Shown here piece after piece: positions 37,710-48,135 of a stretch of 64,000 nucleotides of DNA. Both the position numbers and the translations under genes were made by a program. The stretch spans positions 11,339-75,338 of the forward strand of contig CAWGYV010000015.1 in NCBI GenBank assembly GCA_963826825.1, written 5' to 3'. The notes beneath the pieces were generated by a model that was not told the DNA's origin, made no database searches, and saw only the letters and a program-made list of their open reading frames with translations. The first letter of the stretch is position 1. The number at the start of each line of letters is the position of its first letter. This stretch comes from an uncultured Acidimicrobiia bacterium. GTDB taxonomy: Bacteria; Actinomycetota; Acidimicrobiia; Spongiisociales; DATADW01.

Positions 37710-39593
37710 TCAATCGATAGCCGGCATCCAGACCCGCATCGTCGATGGGCCGCGGTTGGCCCAGGCGTGGTATGGAATGAGCGGGACGTCGATGCCGGTG
37801 GTGTCGCTCTGGAACGGCCCTCCTACATAGGGCCAATCCCGCTCGGCTGGTTCGACCATCCGCCCCGTTACCACCGTGGCGCCCTCCCGGTTGTCCGGCG
37901 GTTTTGAGGGATCAACCTGCAGGGCGTTTACGTCGTTTTCGTCGGACAGGTCGACAGACTCGACGCACAAGACCAAGGGACCCTGCTCCACCGCCACACA
38001 TCCGCGCACCGCGTCGATCCGAGGATCGGGGCGGGTCCAACGGGCAGCCATGGGGAGTTCCAAACGGATCTGGTCGCCGATCGAGAACGACCGTTCGATT
38101 GTGACGACACCGGGTCCGACCCGCCGCCTGCCGTCGGGGTCGGCGACCACTGCCCCCTCCGCCCATGTGGGCACGCGCAGCGAGAGCGTCCATGGCGCGT
38201 CGTCCGTCTCGGCTATCTCCACCGTGACAGCTCCATCATGGGGGTACCCCGTTGTCATGTCGATCCCCACGCTGCGTTGACCATCGAGTGTGGTGCGGAT
38301 CCGGCTATCGGCGAACTGGTGGATCTGCACCCCGGCACCATCGGAGGTCGCGACATACGCGGCGAGACTGGCGAATGTCCGCGCCACATTGGTTGGACAG
38401 CAGGACACGTGGAACCAGGGGGCGCGCAGGCTCATCGCCGCCCTCCGGCTCTCCACATCGGGAGGCGGAATCGCCCCCGGGACCCGCTGGTGAAGCGGAT
38501 TGGCGTAGAAAAAGGCGCGTCCGTCGGGGCTGGGCGAGGTGGCCACCACGTTGTACAGCGTTCGTTCGATGAGGTCGGCGAAGCGGGTTTCACCGGTCGC
38601 CAGCAACAGCCGCCAGGCCAGCATCACCGAGGCGACTCCGGCGCAGGTTTCCGAGTAGGCCCGGTCGGGAGGCAGCACGAAGTCATCGCCAAAGGCTTCC
38701 CCGGTGTGCTGTGACCCCATGCCACCTGTGATGTAGGTGCGGCGCGCCACCGTGTTTTCCCACTGGCGGACCAGCGCCTCGAGGAGTTCTTCGTCGCCAG
38801 TCTCGACCGCCACGTCCACCGCACCGGCGGCGAGGTAGAGGGCCCTGACGGCGTGACCGCGGAACACGGTCGCCTCCCTGATGGGGACGTCGTCCTGGAA
38901 GTAGGGGCGCCCAAGTTCGATGTCACGCAGGGTGTGATGGCCTCTCCGGTCGACGAAGAGCGTCGCTTGATCGAGGTAGCGCTCCTCGCCGGTGAGCCGG
39001 GCGAACTCGACCAAGCCGAGCTCGATCTCGGGGTGGCCGCCAACCCGCTCGATGCCATTCGGTCCGAAGGCCGCGCAGACGTGGTCGGCCGCCCGACGTG
39101 CGATTTCGACGAACTGATCGTCGCCCCGGGTGCGGGCCCTTGCCACCGCAGCCTGCAACAGGTGGCCGTAGCAGTAGAGCTCATGGCCCCACTCGAGGTC
39201 GCTATAGCGGGGCTGCTGGCCGGGTCGGCCGAAGCAGGTGTTGAGATATCCGTCGTCCTCCTGGGCCGGTGCGATCACCTCGACCAGGCTTGCGAAGCGC
39301 TCTTCGGCGTCGGTTGAGCCCGATCGGCCCACCTCCCAGGTCATCGCCTCCATCAGTTTGTAGACGTCGGAGTCGGAGAACTGCATTCCTCGCCTGTCCC
39401 CGGGGAGCCGCCCCTCCACCGCGGCGCTGAAGTTCCCCACCCAGCTGAGCCGCTCCATCCATTCGTGGGAGTGGGCGAGGGTTGCCCTCGAGTTGACCTG
39501 CTGCCGCTCCGCCCAGAAACCGCCGGTGATCTCGACCTCGTCCATACCGAGCGGTCGCAGTCGACCTCGGCTGGGCAGCGCCGGGGCTGTCAC
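37710..39593 (-). CDS. GH127 (DUF1680) beta-L-arabinofuranosidase-like glycoside hydrolase
   Basis: About 627 aa with a DUF1680-like N-terminus (VEITGGFWAERQQVN...) and arabinose-cluster context. GTG at 39593 overlaps the permease TGA (GTGA). ATG at 39545 is an alternative start. Confidence 0.75.
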   Translation of the reverse strand: MTAPALPSRGRLRPLGMDEVEITGGFWAERQQVNSRATLAHSHEWMERLSWVGNFSAAVEGRLPGDRRGMQFSDSDVYKLMEAMTWEVGRSGSTDAEERFASLVEVIAPAQEDDGYLNTCFGRPGQQPRYSDLEWGHELYCYGHLLQAAVARARTRGDDQFVEIARRAADHVCAAFGPNGIERVGGHPEIELGLVEFARLTGEERYLDQATLFVDRRGHHTLRDIELGRPYFQDDVPIREATVFRGHAVRALYLAAGAVDVAVETGDEELLEALVRQWENTVARRTYITGGMGSQHTGEAFGDDFVLPPDRAYSETCAGVASVMLAWRLLLATGETRFADLIERTLYNVVATSPSPDGRAFFYANPLHQRVPGAIPPPDVESRRAAMSLRAPWFHVSCCPTNVARTFASLAAYVATSDGAGVQIHQFADSRIRTTLDGQRSVGIDMTTGYPHDGAVTVEIAETDDAPWTLSLRVPTWAEGAVVADPDGRRRVGPGVVTIERSFSIGDQIRLELPMAARWTRPDPRIDAVRGCVAVEQGPLVLCVESVDLSDENDVNALQVDPSKPPDNREGATVVTGRMVEPAERDWPYVGGPFQSDTTGIDVPLIPYHAWANRGPSTMRVWMPAID

Positions 39594-40501
39594 CGCACCG
39601 CCCCGGTGAGAAATCCCGACACGTAGTACTTCTGCAGCAGCAGGTAGATGGCCACGCAGGGGATGACGGAAAGGGTGACGCCGGCCTGGAGCAGCCCCCA
39701 ATCGGTGCCCCCCAGGCTGGTCTGGGTGCGTGCCAGCGCCAGGATGACCGGCAAGGTATAGCTGGAGTCTTCGTTCATCATCACCAAGGCGCCGAGAAAC
39801 TCGTTCCACGACATGATGAAGGCGAACAGGGTCACGGTGACGATCGCGGGCACCACCGCCGGCAGGAAGATGCGCGTGAGCACCTGCCAGGAGTTGCCTC
39901 CGTCAACCACCGCCGCCTCCTCCAGGTCACGAGGCACCGCTTCGAAGCTGTTGCGCATGATGTAGAGGCTGAATGGAAGCTGGATCGCGGTGTGGATGAG
40001 GGCTAGTCCCACCAGTGTGTTGGTCAGCCCTACCTCAGAGAATGTGAGGAAGATCGGGGTGAGTAGCGCCTGGTAGGGAATGATCAGAGCCAGCAGGAGA
40101 AAGACGAAGAGCGCCTCCTTTGCTGGGACGGGAAACCGAGCGAGGGCGTAGCCGGCGGGCACCGTGAGCAGCAGAGTGAATGCGATAGTGAGCAATGCCA
40201 CCCCGAAGCTGTTCCCCAGATAGGTGGGGAGGCCCGCCTGGAAGTTCCACAGCCGCTCGTAGCTCTCGAAGCTCAGGGTCGTGGGGAGGTAGGTAGGTGG
40301 GACCGCGGCCGCGTCCTCCGTCGGCTTGACCGAGGCAAGCACCGACATCAGCAGCGGAAGCAGCATGATCACGCAGATGGTGAGACAGACGGCACCAAGC
40401 AGGTACTTGAGCCGCCCGCTGCCGGGCCCGGTGGGGTGGTTCGAAGGTCCCCTCTCGAGTTGCTCGAGGTCGAGCGGCCGGGCGGTCTGTGGTTCGGTCA
40501 T
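39590..40501 (-). CDS. carbohydrate ABC transporter permease (MalG/AraQ type)
   Basis: Six-TM permease with an EAA-like loop (FEAVPRDLEEAAVVDGG). ATGA overlap with the upstream permease. Confidence 0.88.
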   Translation of the reverse strand: MTEPQTARPLDLEQLERGPSNHPTGPGSGRLKYLLGAVCLTICVIMLLPLLMSVLASVKPTEDAAAVPPTYLPTTLSFESYERLWNFQAGLPTYLGNSFGVALLTIAFTLLLTVPAGYALARFPVPAKEALFVFLLLALIIPYQALLTPIFLTFSEVGLTNTLVGLALIHTAIQLPFSLYIMRNSFEAVPRDLEEAAVVDGGNSWQVLTRIFLPAVVPAIVTVTLFAFIMSWNEFLGALVMMNEDSSYTLPVILALARTQTSLGGTDWGLLQAGVTLSVIPCVAIYLLLQKYYVSGFLTGAVR

Positions 40502-41376
40502 GGCTCGCTCCGCCGGGTTAGCGCCATTTGGACCACGGTGAACACGAGGACTATCGCGGCGAGAATCAACGAGAGGGCGGCTCCATAGCCGAGCCGCAGG
40601 AAGGGGAACGAGTTGAGGTAGACGTAAAGCACCGAGGTGGCGGTCGAGTTGTGCGGCTGAGCCGCAGTCATCAGGAAGAACTGGTCAAAGGCGAGCAGCG
40701 AGCCGATCACGCTGACCAGGGTCACCAGAAGCACGGTCCGTCGGGTGAGGGGGAGGGTGACTCGGGTTACCCGCTGCCACGGGCTGGCCCCGTCCACCAT
40801 GGTCGCCTCGTTGATGTCGGTGGGGACGGCCTGGATGGCCGCGACGAAGAGGATCATCCCGAAGCCGAGCACCTTCCAGACCACCGAGATGATCACCGCC
40901 CACATCGATAGATCGGTATCAACACCGAGCCACAGGATTGGTTGGTCGATCAGCCCGAGGTCCATCAGCGCCTTGTTGATCAGGCCGTTGCGCGGGCTGA
41001 ACAGCCAGTACCACAGCAGGCTCGAGGCCCCGAGACCGATGACGACGGGTAGGAACACCACCGCCCGTGTTACCCGGCGCAATCCCGTGTTGACCGAGAC
41101 CAGCAACGCCATGAGGTAGCCACCGATCATCAGGATCGGGGTGATGAGAAGCGTGTACTTCAGGGTGAACCCCAGCGAGACCCAGAACTGTCGGTCGCCG
41201 AACGCCCTGGTGTAGTTGGCCAGGCCGATGAACTCGGGCGGGGCGAGCAACGTCCAGTCGGTGAGCGACACCCAGATCATCCGGAAGAAGGGATAGGTCG
41301 TGAGCGCAGCGACAAACAAGAGGGCGGGCGCCAGGTACAAGAGCCCGATGCGCTTGTTCCGCGTGCCGGCGTGCAA
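40498..41376 (-). CDS. carbohydrate ABC transporter permease (MalF/AraP type)
   Basis: 292-aa permease (AIQAVPTDINEATMVDGASPWQ). TTG start is 8 nt after GGGAGA. Confidence 0.88.
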   Translation of the reverse strand: MHAGTRNKRIGLLYLAPALLFVAALTTYPFFRMIWVSLTDWTLLAPPEFIGLANYTRAFGDRQFWVSLGFTLKYTLLITPILMIGGYLMALLVSVNTGLRRVTRAVVFLPVVIGLGASSLLWYWLFSPRNGLINKALMDLGLIDQPILWLGVDTDLSMWAVIISVVWKVLGFGMILFVAAIQAVPTDINEATMVDGASPWQRVTRVTLPLTRRTVLLVTLVSVIGSLLAFDQFFLMTAAQPHNSTATSVLYVYLNSFPFLRLGYGAALSLILAAIVLVFTVVQMALTRRSEP

Positions 41377-41438
41377 CTACCGAGTCTCCCGTTGGGCTCC
41401 GTGGCCCCGGAGGTACCACCCCCGGGGCCACGGATGCG

Positions 41439-42842
41439 TCATCCGTTGATGATCGCTTCCATTTGCTCCTTGGCGTCGGCGATGACCTGGGCGAGGTCAT
41501 CGTCCGAGTAGTACACCCGCTGCAGCATCTGCAGCCAGGGTCCGTTGGGCGAGTTGATCATCTCGAAGAACTTGAGAGTCCAAGGCGTCTTGGAGATGGG
41601 GATGGCCTGGGCGGTGTCGTAGACGTCCTCGTTGGCCTGGAAATACTCGTTCTCCAGAACGTCGGAACGGGTCGTCATGTTGAGGTTCTTGGCGTAAACC
41701 TCGAGCTGGACCTCGTCGGTGAGCAGCCAGCTCATGAAGTCGACCGAGTCCTCGACCCTCTCCGAACCTTCGGGAATGACGACGAGGTCGCCGCCGGCAA
41801 AGGATGACGATCCTCCCTCCATCCCGGGGAGCACGGTGACTCCGAGGTCCAGGTCGGGATTCTGATCCTGGAGCAGAGCGACGTTGAAGTTCCCGGTGCC
41901 CATGATCCCGACGTTGCCGGTACCAAACACACCGGCGAAGGTCTCCCCGGTCTCCGTTTGGGCGGCAGGGTCGATGAGACCTTCCTGGTGCATCATCCGC
42001 GCCCATTCCAGCACCGGCTGTATGTCGCCGATCATGGCCTCGTCGCCCGGCAGCGGCGCCTCGATCCTGGCCTCAGGATCGCTGGCCCATATCAGCGGGC
42101 CAAAGGTGAAGATGTTGCACCCGGCGCAGTTGCCCGCCAGGTAATAGCCATAGACACCGGCATCGGGGTCATTGATCGCCGCCGCCATGTCGTGGAGCTC
42201 GGTCAGGTTGGTCGGTGGCGTATCCGGGTCGAGCCCGGCGTCGCGGAAAAGGTCCTTGTTCCAGAACAGAACCGAGACATCGGCGTACAGCGGCGTTCCG
42301 TAGAGCCGGCCCTCATACGTAGCGGTCTCGATATGTCCCGGGCTGGCAGTCTCCAGGTTGGGGTCGTCGCCGATCATGTCGGTGACGTCGACCAGGTGGC
42401 CGGCAGCGGCGAACTCAGGCCCATAGATCAGGTCCAACCCCAAGAGATCGGGGACATCACCAGAGGCGACGGCCCGTGCCAGGTTGGGGACCATCTGGGC
42501 GTGATCCACGTAGGTGAGGTTGATCGGCCGGTCGGGCTCAGCCTCGTTCCAGGCGGCGACCAGGGCGTCCACCATTGGGGCGTTGCCACCGGTCCGTTCC
42601 CACATCTCCATAGCGCCAGCAGGCGCGGCAGATGCCGTGGTCTCGGTGGCCGCGGCGGTGGTCTCCGTTGCCGCCGTGGTGGCCGGAGCCGCCGTGGTAT
42701 CGGCGGCGGGAGCGGTGGTGTCGGTCACGGCGCCGGTGGTATCTGTTCCTGCCTGGGTGGTGGCGGTACCACCGGTACCGCAGGCGGCAAACAGCAGAAG
42801 GGCCACCACCGTGATGGCCGGCAGCCTGAAGTGGTGTCTCAT
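41439..42842 (-). CDS. extracellular sugar-binding lipoprotein (ABC SBP family 1)
   Basis: Lipobox LLLFAACG, a Thr/Ala-rich linker and an SBP_bac_1-like body. ATG is preceded by GAGGAGGAG. Confidence 0.88.
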   Translation of the reverse strand: MRHHFRLPAITVVALLLFAACGTGGTATTQAGTDTTGAVTDTTAPAADTTAAPATTAATETTAAATETTASAAPAGAMEMWERTGGNAPMVDALVAAWNEAEPDRPINLTYVDHAQMVPNLARAVASGDVPDLLGLDLIYGPEFAAAGHLVDVTDMIGDDPNLETASPGHIETATYEGRLYGTPLYADVSVLFWNKDLFRDAGLDPDTPPTNLTELHDMAAAINDPDAGVYGYYLAGNCAGCNIFTFGPLIWASDPEARIEAPLPGDEAMIGDIQPVLEWARMMHQEGLIDPAAQTETGETFAGVFGTGNVGIMGTGNFNVALLQDQNPDLDLGVTVLPGMEGGSSSFAGGDLVVIPEGSERVEDSVDFMSWLLTDEVQLEVYAKNLNMTTRSDVLENEYFQANEDVYDTAQAIPISKTPWTLKFFEMINSPNGPWLQMLQRVYYSDDDLAQVIADAKEQMEAIING

Positions 42843-43009
42843 CCTGTGCTCCTCCTCGTGCTAGCCCGGGCGCCGTGCCCTGGAGTGAAATCCTATGCAT
42901 ACAATGCTATGCTGTCAAACGATACTGGATCCAGGATGTGTAGACTGCGACGGTCAAGAGCTGGAAGACGGCCCCCGCCGACGCGGCCGGAAGAGGGGAC
43001 AGTGCGGTA
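42843..43009. promoter_or_regulatory. divergent promoter/operator region between the sugar ABC operon and the LacI-family regulator
   Basis: Locally AT-rich stretch (ATCCTATGCATACAATGCTATGCTGTCAAACGATACTGGATCCAGGATGTGTAG). Contains a perfect 10-bp palindrome CTGGATCCAG (42925-42934) and the inverted repeat GCATA-N6-TATGC. No operator consensus was verified. Confidence 0.3.
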
Positions 43010-44059
43010 GTGACGGCAACCAAGCAGCCGCGTCCCAAGCGTCCGGCGACGATGCAGGACATCGCCCACGCTGCCGGTGTCTCGCAATCGACCGTCTCCC
43101 GTGTGCTCAACGACACGCCCACATCGGTTCCGATCGCCGCCGAAACCCGAGAGCGTGTTCTCGGTGTCGCTCAACGGCTCGGCTACAGCCCCAACCCTTT
43201 GGCCCGAGGTCTGCGCGGCGCCAAAACGATGCTGCTCGGCGTCATAGTCCGGGAGATCACCGATCCTTTCTTCTCGGCGGCGGTGGAGGCTCTTTCGACC
43301 CAGGCAACCTCCCGGGGCTACAACGTCGTGCTGGGGAGTGCGCATGGCAGCGCCGATGAGGCGATCGCGTTGCGGACCGTGCTGGAGACGAGGCACTGCG
43401 ACGCGATAATCCTGCTGGGCGACACATCCGACCAGCCATTGCTGCTCGACGATCTGCGCGCTTCCAACGTTCCAGTGGTGGCCATGTGGCAGGGAACCGA
43501 GGTCGAGGAGGTCGCCACTGTGGACACCGATAACGAGGGCGGAATCGTCGCTGCCCTCGACCACCTCCTCGAGCTCGGTCACCGCCGCATCGCTTTCGTC
43601 GGCGGCCGGCCCCTCGGAGACATCCGACGCCGCAAGTCAGCCTTCCTCGATCATCTCGCCGCCAACGACATCGAAGCTCCCGACGGGTACATGCGTGACA
43701 CGAGCAACGACCCCGAGGGTGGCGACCGGGCATTGCGCGAGTTGGCATCCATGGCGCCTTCTCCCACCGCGGTCGTCGCATCGACCGACCATCTTGCGAT
43801 CGGGGTGCTCCACGCCGCCGCCGATTTGGGACTGCGGGTACCCGGTGACCTGTCGGTGACCGGCTTCGACGACATCCCGCTCGCCAAATTCACCGTGCCC
43901 CCGCTCACCACGGTGAGGATGCCCGTCGCCGAGATGACCGCAATCGCGGTGCGCCTCGCCATCGACGACGACCCCGAAGATGTCGGGCCTACGGGCTATC
44001 ACGTTGTCGCACCGACGCTCGTGGTCAGGGCGTCAACCGGAAGGGCGCCGCAGCGATGA
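43010..44059 (+). CDS. LacI-family transcriptional regulator (probable arabinose-cluster repressor)
   Basis: N-terminal HTH ATMQDIAHAAGVSQSTVSRVLN plus a periplasmic-binding-protein-like core. GTG start. Confidence 0.88.
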   Translation: MTATKQPRPKRPATMQDIAHAAGVSQSTVSRVLNDTPTSVPIAAETRERVLGVAQRLGYSPNPLARGLRGAKTMLLGVIVREITDPFFSAAVEALSTQATSRGYNVVLGSAHGSADEAIALRTVLETRHCDAIILLGDTSDQPLLLDDLRASNVPVVAMWQGTEVEEVATVDTDNEGGIVAALDHLLELGHRRIAFVGGRPLGDIRRRKSAFLDHLAANDIEAPDGYMRDTSNDPEGGDRALRELASMAPSPTAVVASTDHLAIGVLHAAADLGLRVPGDLSVTGFDDIPLAKFTVPPLTTVRMPVAEMTAIAVRLAIDDDPEDVGPTGYHVVAPTLVVRASTGRAPQR

Positions 44060-44754
44060 CCTTCGCAGCTCTGCGTGCCGCCGCCGCCTCAGCCAATAGG
44101 GAACTGGCTGCCACCGGGCTGGTCGAGCTCTCGTTTGGCAATGCCAGCGCCGTCGACCCAGGGCGTGGTGTCTTCGCCATCAAGCCGAGCGGGCTTCCCT
44201 GCCACCAGATGACTCCTGAGGACGCAGTGGTGGTCTCGCTCGAGGACGGCGAGGTGGTCTGGGGGGACCAGCGGCCGTCGTCGGACACGCCGACTCATCT
44301 GGTGCTCTATCGCGACCTGCCCACCGTCGGAGGCTTGGTGCACACCCATTCCCCTTTCGCCACCGCCTGGGCCCAGGCCCGGCGGCCGATACCTTGCCTG
44401 GGGACCACACATGCCGACCACGCCCGCGGCGAGATCCCAGTGACCCGGTCGTTGCGCGACGACGAGATCTCGGGGGAATACGAGACCAACACCGGTGGGG
44501 TGGTTGCCGAGCTCTTCGTCGATGGGCTGGACCCGCGGGATCTGCCCGGAGTCCTCGTCGCCGGGCATGGTCCATTCGTCTGGGGCGACGACGCCGCTGG
44601 GGCGGTTCGAAACGCAGTGGCCTTGGAGCTGATTGCGAAGCTGGCGTTCTACACCCTGACCCTGAACCCAGTTCCTGAATCGCCGTCAACGGCGCTCCTC
44701 GACCGGCACTTCTCCCGCAAACACGGACCCGCCGCCTACTACGGGCAGCCATGA
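44056..44754 (+). CDS. araD: L-ribulose-5-phosphate 4-epimerase
   Basis: Close to E. coli AraD over GNASAVD...GVFAIKPSG...PSSDTPTHLVLY...GGLVHTHSPFAT.WAQA...GTTHADH. ATGA overlap with the regulator gene. Confidence 0.9.
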   Translation: MTFAALRAAAASANRELAATGLVELSFGNASAVDPGRGVFAIKPSGLPCHQMTPEDAVVVSLEDGEVVWGDQRPSSDTPTHLVLYRDLPTVGGLVHTHSPFATAWAQARRPIPCLGTTHADHARGEIPVTRSLRDDEISGEYETNTGGVVAELFVDGLDPRDLPGVLVAGHGPFVWGDDAAGAVRNAVALELIAKLAFYTLTLNPVPESPSTALLDRHFSRKHGPAAYYGQP

Positions 44755-44853
44755 ACGGCTTCACCACCGTCGCCCTCTTCACGCACCCGGTGCGCCTTGC
44801 GAACGCATATTGCGATCGGGGGGTGCAGGGCGGTCGTCCCCCGCGGAGAAAAA

Positions 44854-46515
44854 ATGAGCAACTCCGCTGCCGTCGGGGTCGACTTCGGGACGGAATCGGC
44901 ACGCGCTGTGCTGGTCGACGTGGCCACCGGCCGCGAGCTGGCCTCGGCGGTTCACCCTTTTGCGTCCGGTGTGATCGACCAGGCTCTCAATGGCTCCCCC
45001 CTGCCTCCCGACTGGGCGCTGCAGGACCCGGACGATTATCTGGATTCAATGGGTACCACGGTGCGAGGAGTGATCGAAGAGAGCGGAATCGACCCCGGCG
45101 ACGTGATCGGCATCGGTATCGACTTCACCGCCTGCACCATGCTTCCCACCACGTCCGATGGCACCCCTTTGTGCCGCCTCCCCGAGTTCCGGAGCAACCC
45201 CCATTCCTGGGTCAAGCTCTGGAAGCACCACGCCGCCCAGCCCGAGGCTGATCTGATCAACCGGGTCGCCGCCGAGCGGGGCGAGCAGTGGCTGGCCCGT
45301 TACGGGGGGAAGATCTCCTCGGAATGGTTCTTCTCCAAGTCGCTGCAGATCCTCGACGAGGCCCCGGAGGTCTATGCCGCCGCCGACCGGCTCATCGAAG
45401 CGGCCGACTGGGTCATCTGGCAGCTCACCGGTGAGGAGACCCGCAACGGCTGTACCGCCGGGTACAAGGCAATGTGGTCGAAGCGGGATGGCTTTCCCGA
45501 CAGCTCCTTCTTCGCCGCCCTCGACCCTCGCTTCGCCGACGTTGTCGACGAGAAGATGTCGCGTCGCATCGCCGCGGTGGGGGAGCGGGCCGGCGAGATC
45601 ACCGCCGCCGCCGCCAGGCTGACCAGCCTTGTTCCGGGAACCCCGGTAGCCGTGGCCAACGTGGATGCCCACGTCTCGGTGCCCGCGGTAACAGTGGTGG
45701 AACCTGGCCGGCTGGTCGCGGTCATGGGGACCAGCACCTGTCACCTGGCGGTCTCGCCCGTGGACCTGGCCGTGCCCGGCTTCTGCGGCGTGGTCGAGGA
45801 TGGAGTGATCCCCGGCCTCTTCGGCTACGAGGCAGGGCAGTCGGCGGTTGGCGACATATTCGCCTGGCTCGACAGATTTCTCTCCGACGGCTCGACACCC
45901 AGCGTGGAACGCCACCGCCGCCTCGAACAGGAAGCGGCGGCGCTGGCCGCCGGTGGAGCTGGGCTCGTCGCTCTCGACTGGTGGAACGGGAACCGGTCGA
46001 TCCTGGTCGACACCGACCTCACCGGTCTGCTGATGGGCGCCACCTTGGCCACTCGACCGGGCGACGTCTACCGGGCGTTGCTCGAAGCGACCGCGTTCGG
46101 CACCCGGGTCATCATCGAAACGCTGGAGGAAGCCGGGATTGCGGTGGAGGAGATAGTTGCCTGCGGCGGGCTTCCCTTTCAGAACCGCCTGCTGATGCAG
46201 ATCACCGCCGACGTCACGCGACGGCCGATCCGAGTTGCCGCATCACAGCAGGCGCCGGCGCTGGGTTCGGCAATGTTCGCCGCGGTGGCCGCGGGCGCCG
46301 AAGGCGGCGGATATGCCTCGATCGTCGAGGCCTCCAAGCAAATGGCCCGGCTGGGAGAGGATCATTATCTGCCTCAGGAGGAGGAAGCGGCCGTCTACGA
46401 CGACCTCTACGAGGTGTATCGCAGCCTTCACGACTCCTTGGCGGCATCGAACTCTCCGATGCGCCGGTTGCGGGCAATCCAGCATGACGTCCTCTCTGGA
46501 GGAGAGGGAATGTGA
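44854..46515 (+). CDS. araB: ribulokinase
   Basis: FGGY kinase N-terminus [22 protein letters not shown]. About 553 aa. Positioned between araD and araA. The ORF track's TTG at 44797 adds an implausible leader. Confidence 0.88.
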   Translation: MSNSAAVGVDFGTESARAVLVDVATGRELASAVHPFASGVIDQALNGSPLPPDWALQDPDDYLDSMGTTVRGVIEESGIDPGDVIGIGIDFTACTMLPTTSDGTPLCRLPEFRSNPHSWVKLWKHHAAQPEADLINRVAAERGEQWLARYGGKISSEWFFSKSLQILDEAPEVYAAADRLIEAADWVIWQLTGEETRNGCTAGYKAMWSKRDGFPDSSFFAALDPRFADVVDEKMSRRIAAVGERAGEITAAAARLTSLVPGTPVAVANVDAHVSVPAVTVVEPGRLVAVMGTSTCHLAVSPVDLAVPGFCGVVEDGVIPGLFGYEAGQSAVGDIFAWLDRFLSDGSTPSVERHRRLEQEAAALAAGGAGLVALDWWNGNRSILVDTDLTGLLMGATLATRPGDVYRALLEATAFGTRVIIETLEEAGIAVEEIVACGGLPFQNRLLMQITADVTRRPIRVAASQQAPALGSAMFAAVAAGAEGGGYASIVEASKQMARLGEDHYLPQEEEAAVYDDLYEVYRSLHDSLAASNSPMRRLRAIQHDVLSGGEGM

Positions 46516-46519
46516 GGGC

Positions 46520-48025
46520 GTGAAACCGCTCGGTCACCTCGAGATCTGGTTCGTCACCGGAAGTCAGGGGCTCTACGGGGAAGACGTCATCGCCCAAGTC
46601 GCCGAACACTCCGGGGTGATCGCCGCCGGTTTGGACGCGGCTGACGCGGTCCCAGTGCGTGTCGTCGCCAAGCCGGTGGTGACCAGCAGCGAGGCGATCG
46701 AGCGGGTGCTGCTGGAAGCAAACGCCGCCGATGGCTGTATCGGGGTCGTGGCGTGGATGCACACCTTCTCACCGGCCAAGATGTGGATCGCCGGGCTGCT
46801 CGCCCTCCACAAGCCGCTGCTCCATCTCCACACCCAGTTCAACCGCGATCTCCCTTGGGGGGAGATCGACATGGACTTCATGAACCTGAACCAGGCCGCA
46901 CACGGCGACCGCGAGTTCGCCTTCGTCCTCAGCCGGCTACGTGTCCACCGCAAGATCGTTGTCGGTCACTGGAAAGACACCAGGGTGGCGGATCGGATCG
47001 GTGCCTGGGCCCGGGCCGCCGCCGGCCTCCACGAGAGCCGGAGGCTGCGAGTCGCCCGTTTTGGCAGCAACATGCGAAGAGTCGCGGTGACCGACGGCGA
47101 CCGCCTCGAGGCCCAGGTGAAGCTTGGCGTCGCCGTGGATGGATACGGGGTTGCTGACCTCGAAGCTGCCATCGACGAGACCGACAACGGGGCGGTCGAC
47201 AAGCTGATGGATGAGTACCAGGACCGCTATGAGGTCGTGCCCGAGTTGCGTTCCGGGGGTGAGCGCCACAAGTCGCTCATCGAGGCGGCGCGGATCGAGG
47301 CCGGGCTGCGGACCTTCCTCGAGGTGGGAGGATTCGGTGCCTTCACAGACACCTTCGAGGACCTGGCGGGGCTGACGCAGCTGCCCGGCATCGCGGTGCA
47401 ACGGCTCATGGCCGACGGGTTTGGCTTCGGTGCCGAGGGCGACTGGAAGGCGGCCACCCTGGTGCGGTTGATGAAGGTGATGGCCACCGGCCGCCAGGGC
47501 GGTACCACTTTCATGGAGGACTACACCTATCACCTCGGTGAGCCGGCGGTGAAGGTGCTCGGAGCCCACATGCTCGAGGTCTGCCCATCGGTGGCGGCGG
47601 ATCCCCCGAGCTGTGAGATCCACCCGCTGAGCATCGGGGGTAAACCCGACCCGGTGCGGCTGGTCTTCACCGCCCGAACCGGCCCGGCGGTGAACGTGGG
47701 ATTGGCCGACCTGGGGAACCGGTTCCGCCTGATCGCCGCTGCCGTGGATCTGACGGAGCCCGACGAGCCGCTGCCCCGGCTCCCGGTGGCCCGCGCGGTA
47801 TGGCAGCCGCGGCCTGACTTCGAGACGGCGACCACTGCCTGGCTGCTCGCCGGGGGTCCGCACCACACAAGCCTCAGCCTCGATCTTGATCTCGAGATCA
47901 TCGGCGACTTCGCTTCCATGGCTGGGATCGAGTTGCTGACCATCGACGACGAAACCCAGCTCAGCCGGTTCGAGCAGGAGATCCGCTGGAACCAGGCGTA
48001 CTACCACCTGATGGGAGGACTCTGA
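46520..48025 (+). CDS. araA: L-arabinose isomerase
   Basis: [17 protein letters not shown]... matches the AraA N-terminus (E. coli EVWFVIGSQHLYG). GTG at 46520 is 11 nt after GGAGGAGAGGGA. ATG at 46484 is an alternative start. Confidence 0.9.
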   Translation: MKPLGHLEIWFVTGSQGLYGEDVIAQVAEHSGVIAAGLDAADAVPVRVVAKPVVTSSEAIERVLLEANAADGCIGVVAWMHTFSPAKMWIAGLLALHKPLLHLHTQFNRDLPWGEIDMDFMNLNQAAHGDREFAFVLSRLRVHRKIVVGHWKDTRVADRIGAWARAAAGLHESRRLRVARFGSNMRRVAVTDGDRLEAQVKLGVAVDGYGVADLEAAIDETDNGAVDKLMDEYQDRYEVVPELRSGGERHKSLIEAARIEAGLRTFLEVGGFGAFTDTFEDLAGLTQLPGIAVQRLMADGFGFGAEGDWKAATLVRLMKVMATGRQGGTTFMEDYTYHLGEPAVKVLGAHMLEVCPSVAADPPSCEIHPLSIGGKPDPVRLVFTARTGPAVNVGLADLGNRFRLIAAAVDLTEPDEPLPRLPVARAVWQPRPDFETATTAWLLAGGPHHTSLSLDLDLEIIGDFASMAGIELLTIDDETQLSRFEQEIRWNQAYYHLMGGL

Positions 48026-48060
48026 TCGGGGGCTTGGCCTTTGGGTCGTTTCGCCTTCCG

Positions 48061-48090
48061 AGTACTCAGTACTCAGTACTTAGTATTTAG
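48061..48090. repeat. tandem heptanucleotide repeat, four units (AGTACTC AGTACTC AGTACTT AGTATTT AG), AT-rich, in a convergent intergenic region
   Basis: Read directly at 48061-48088, plus a partial unit. Confidence 0.85.
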
Positions 48091-48135
48091 ACAGATCCCT
48101 CATCCCGATTCGGGGCGACGGGGGACTTCGATCGA

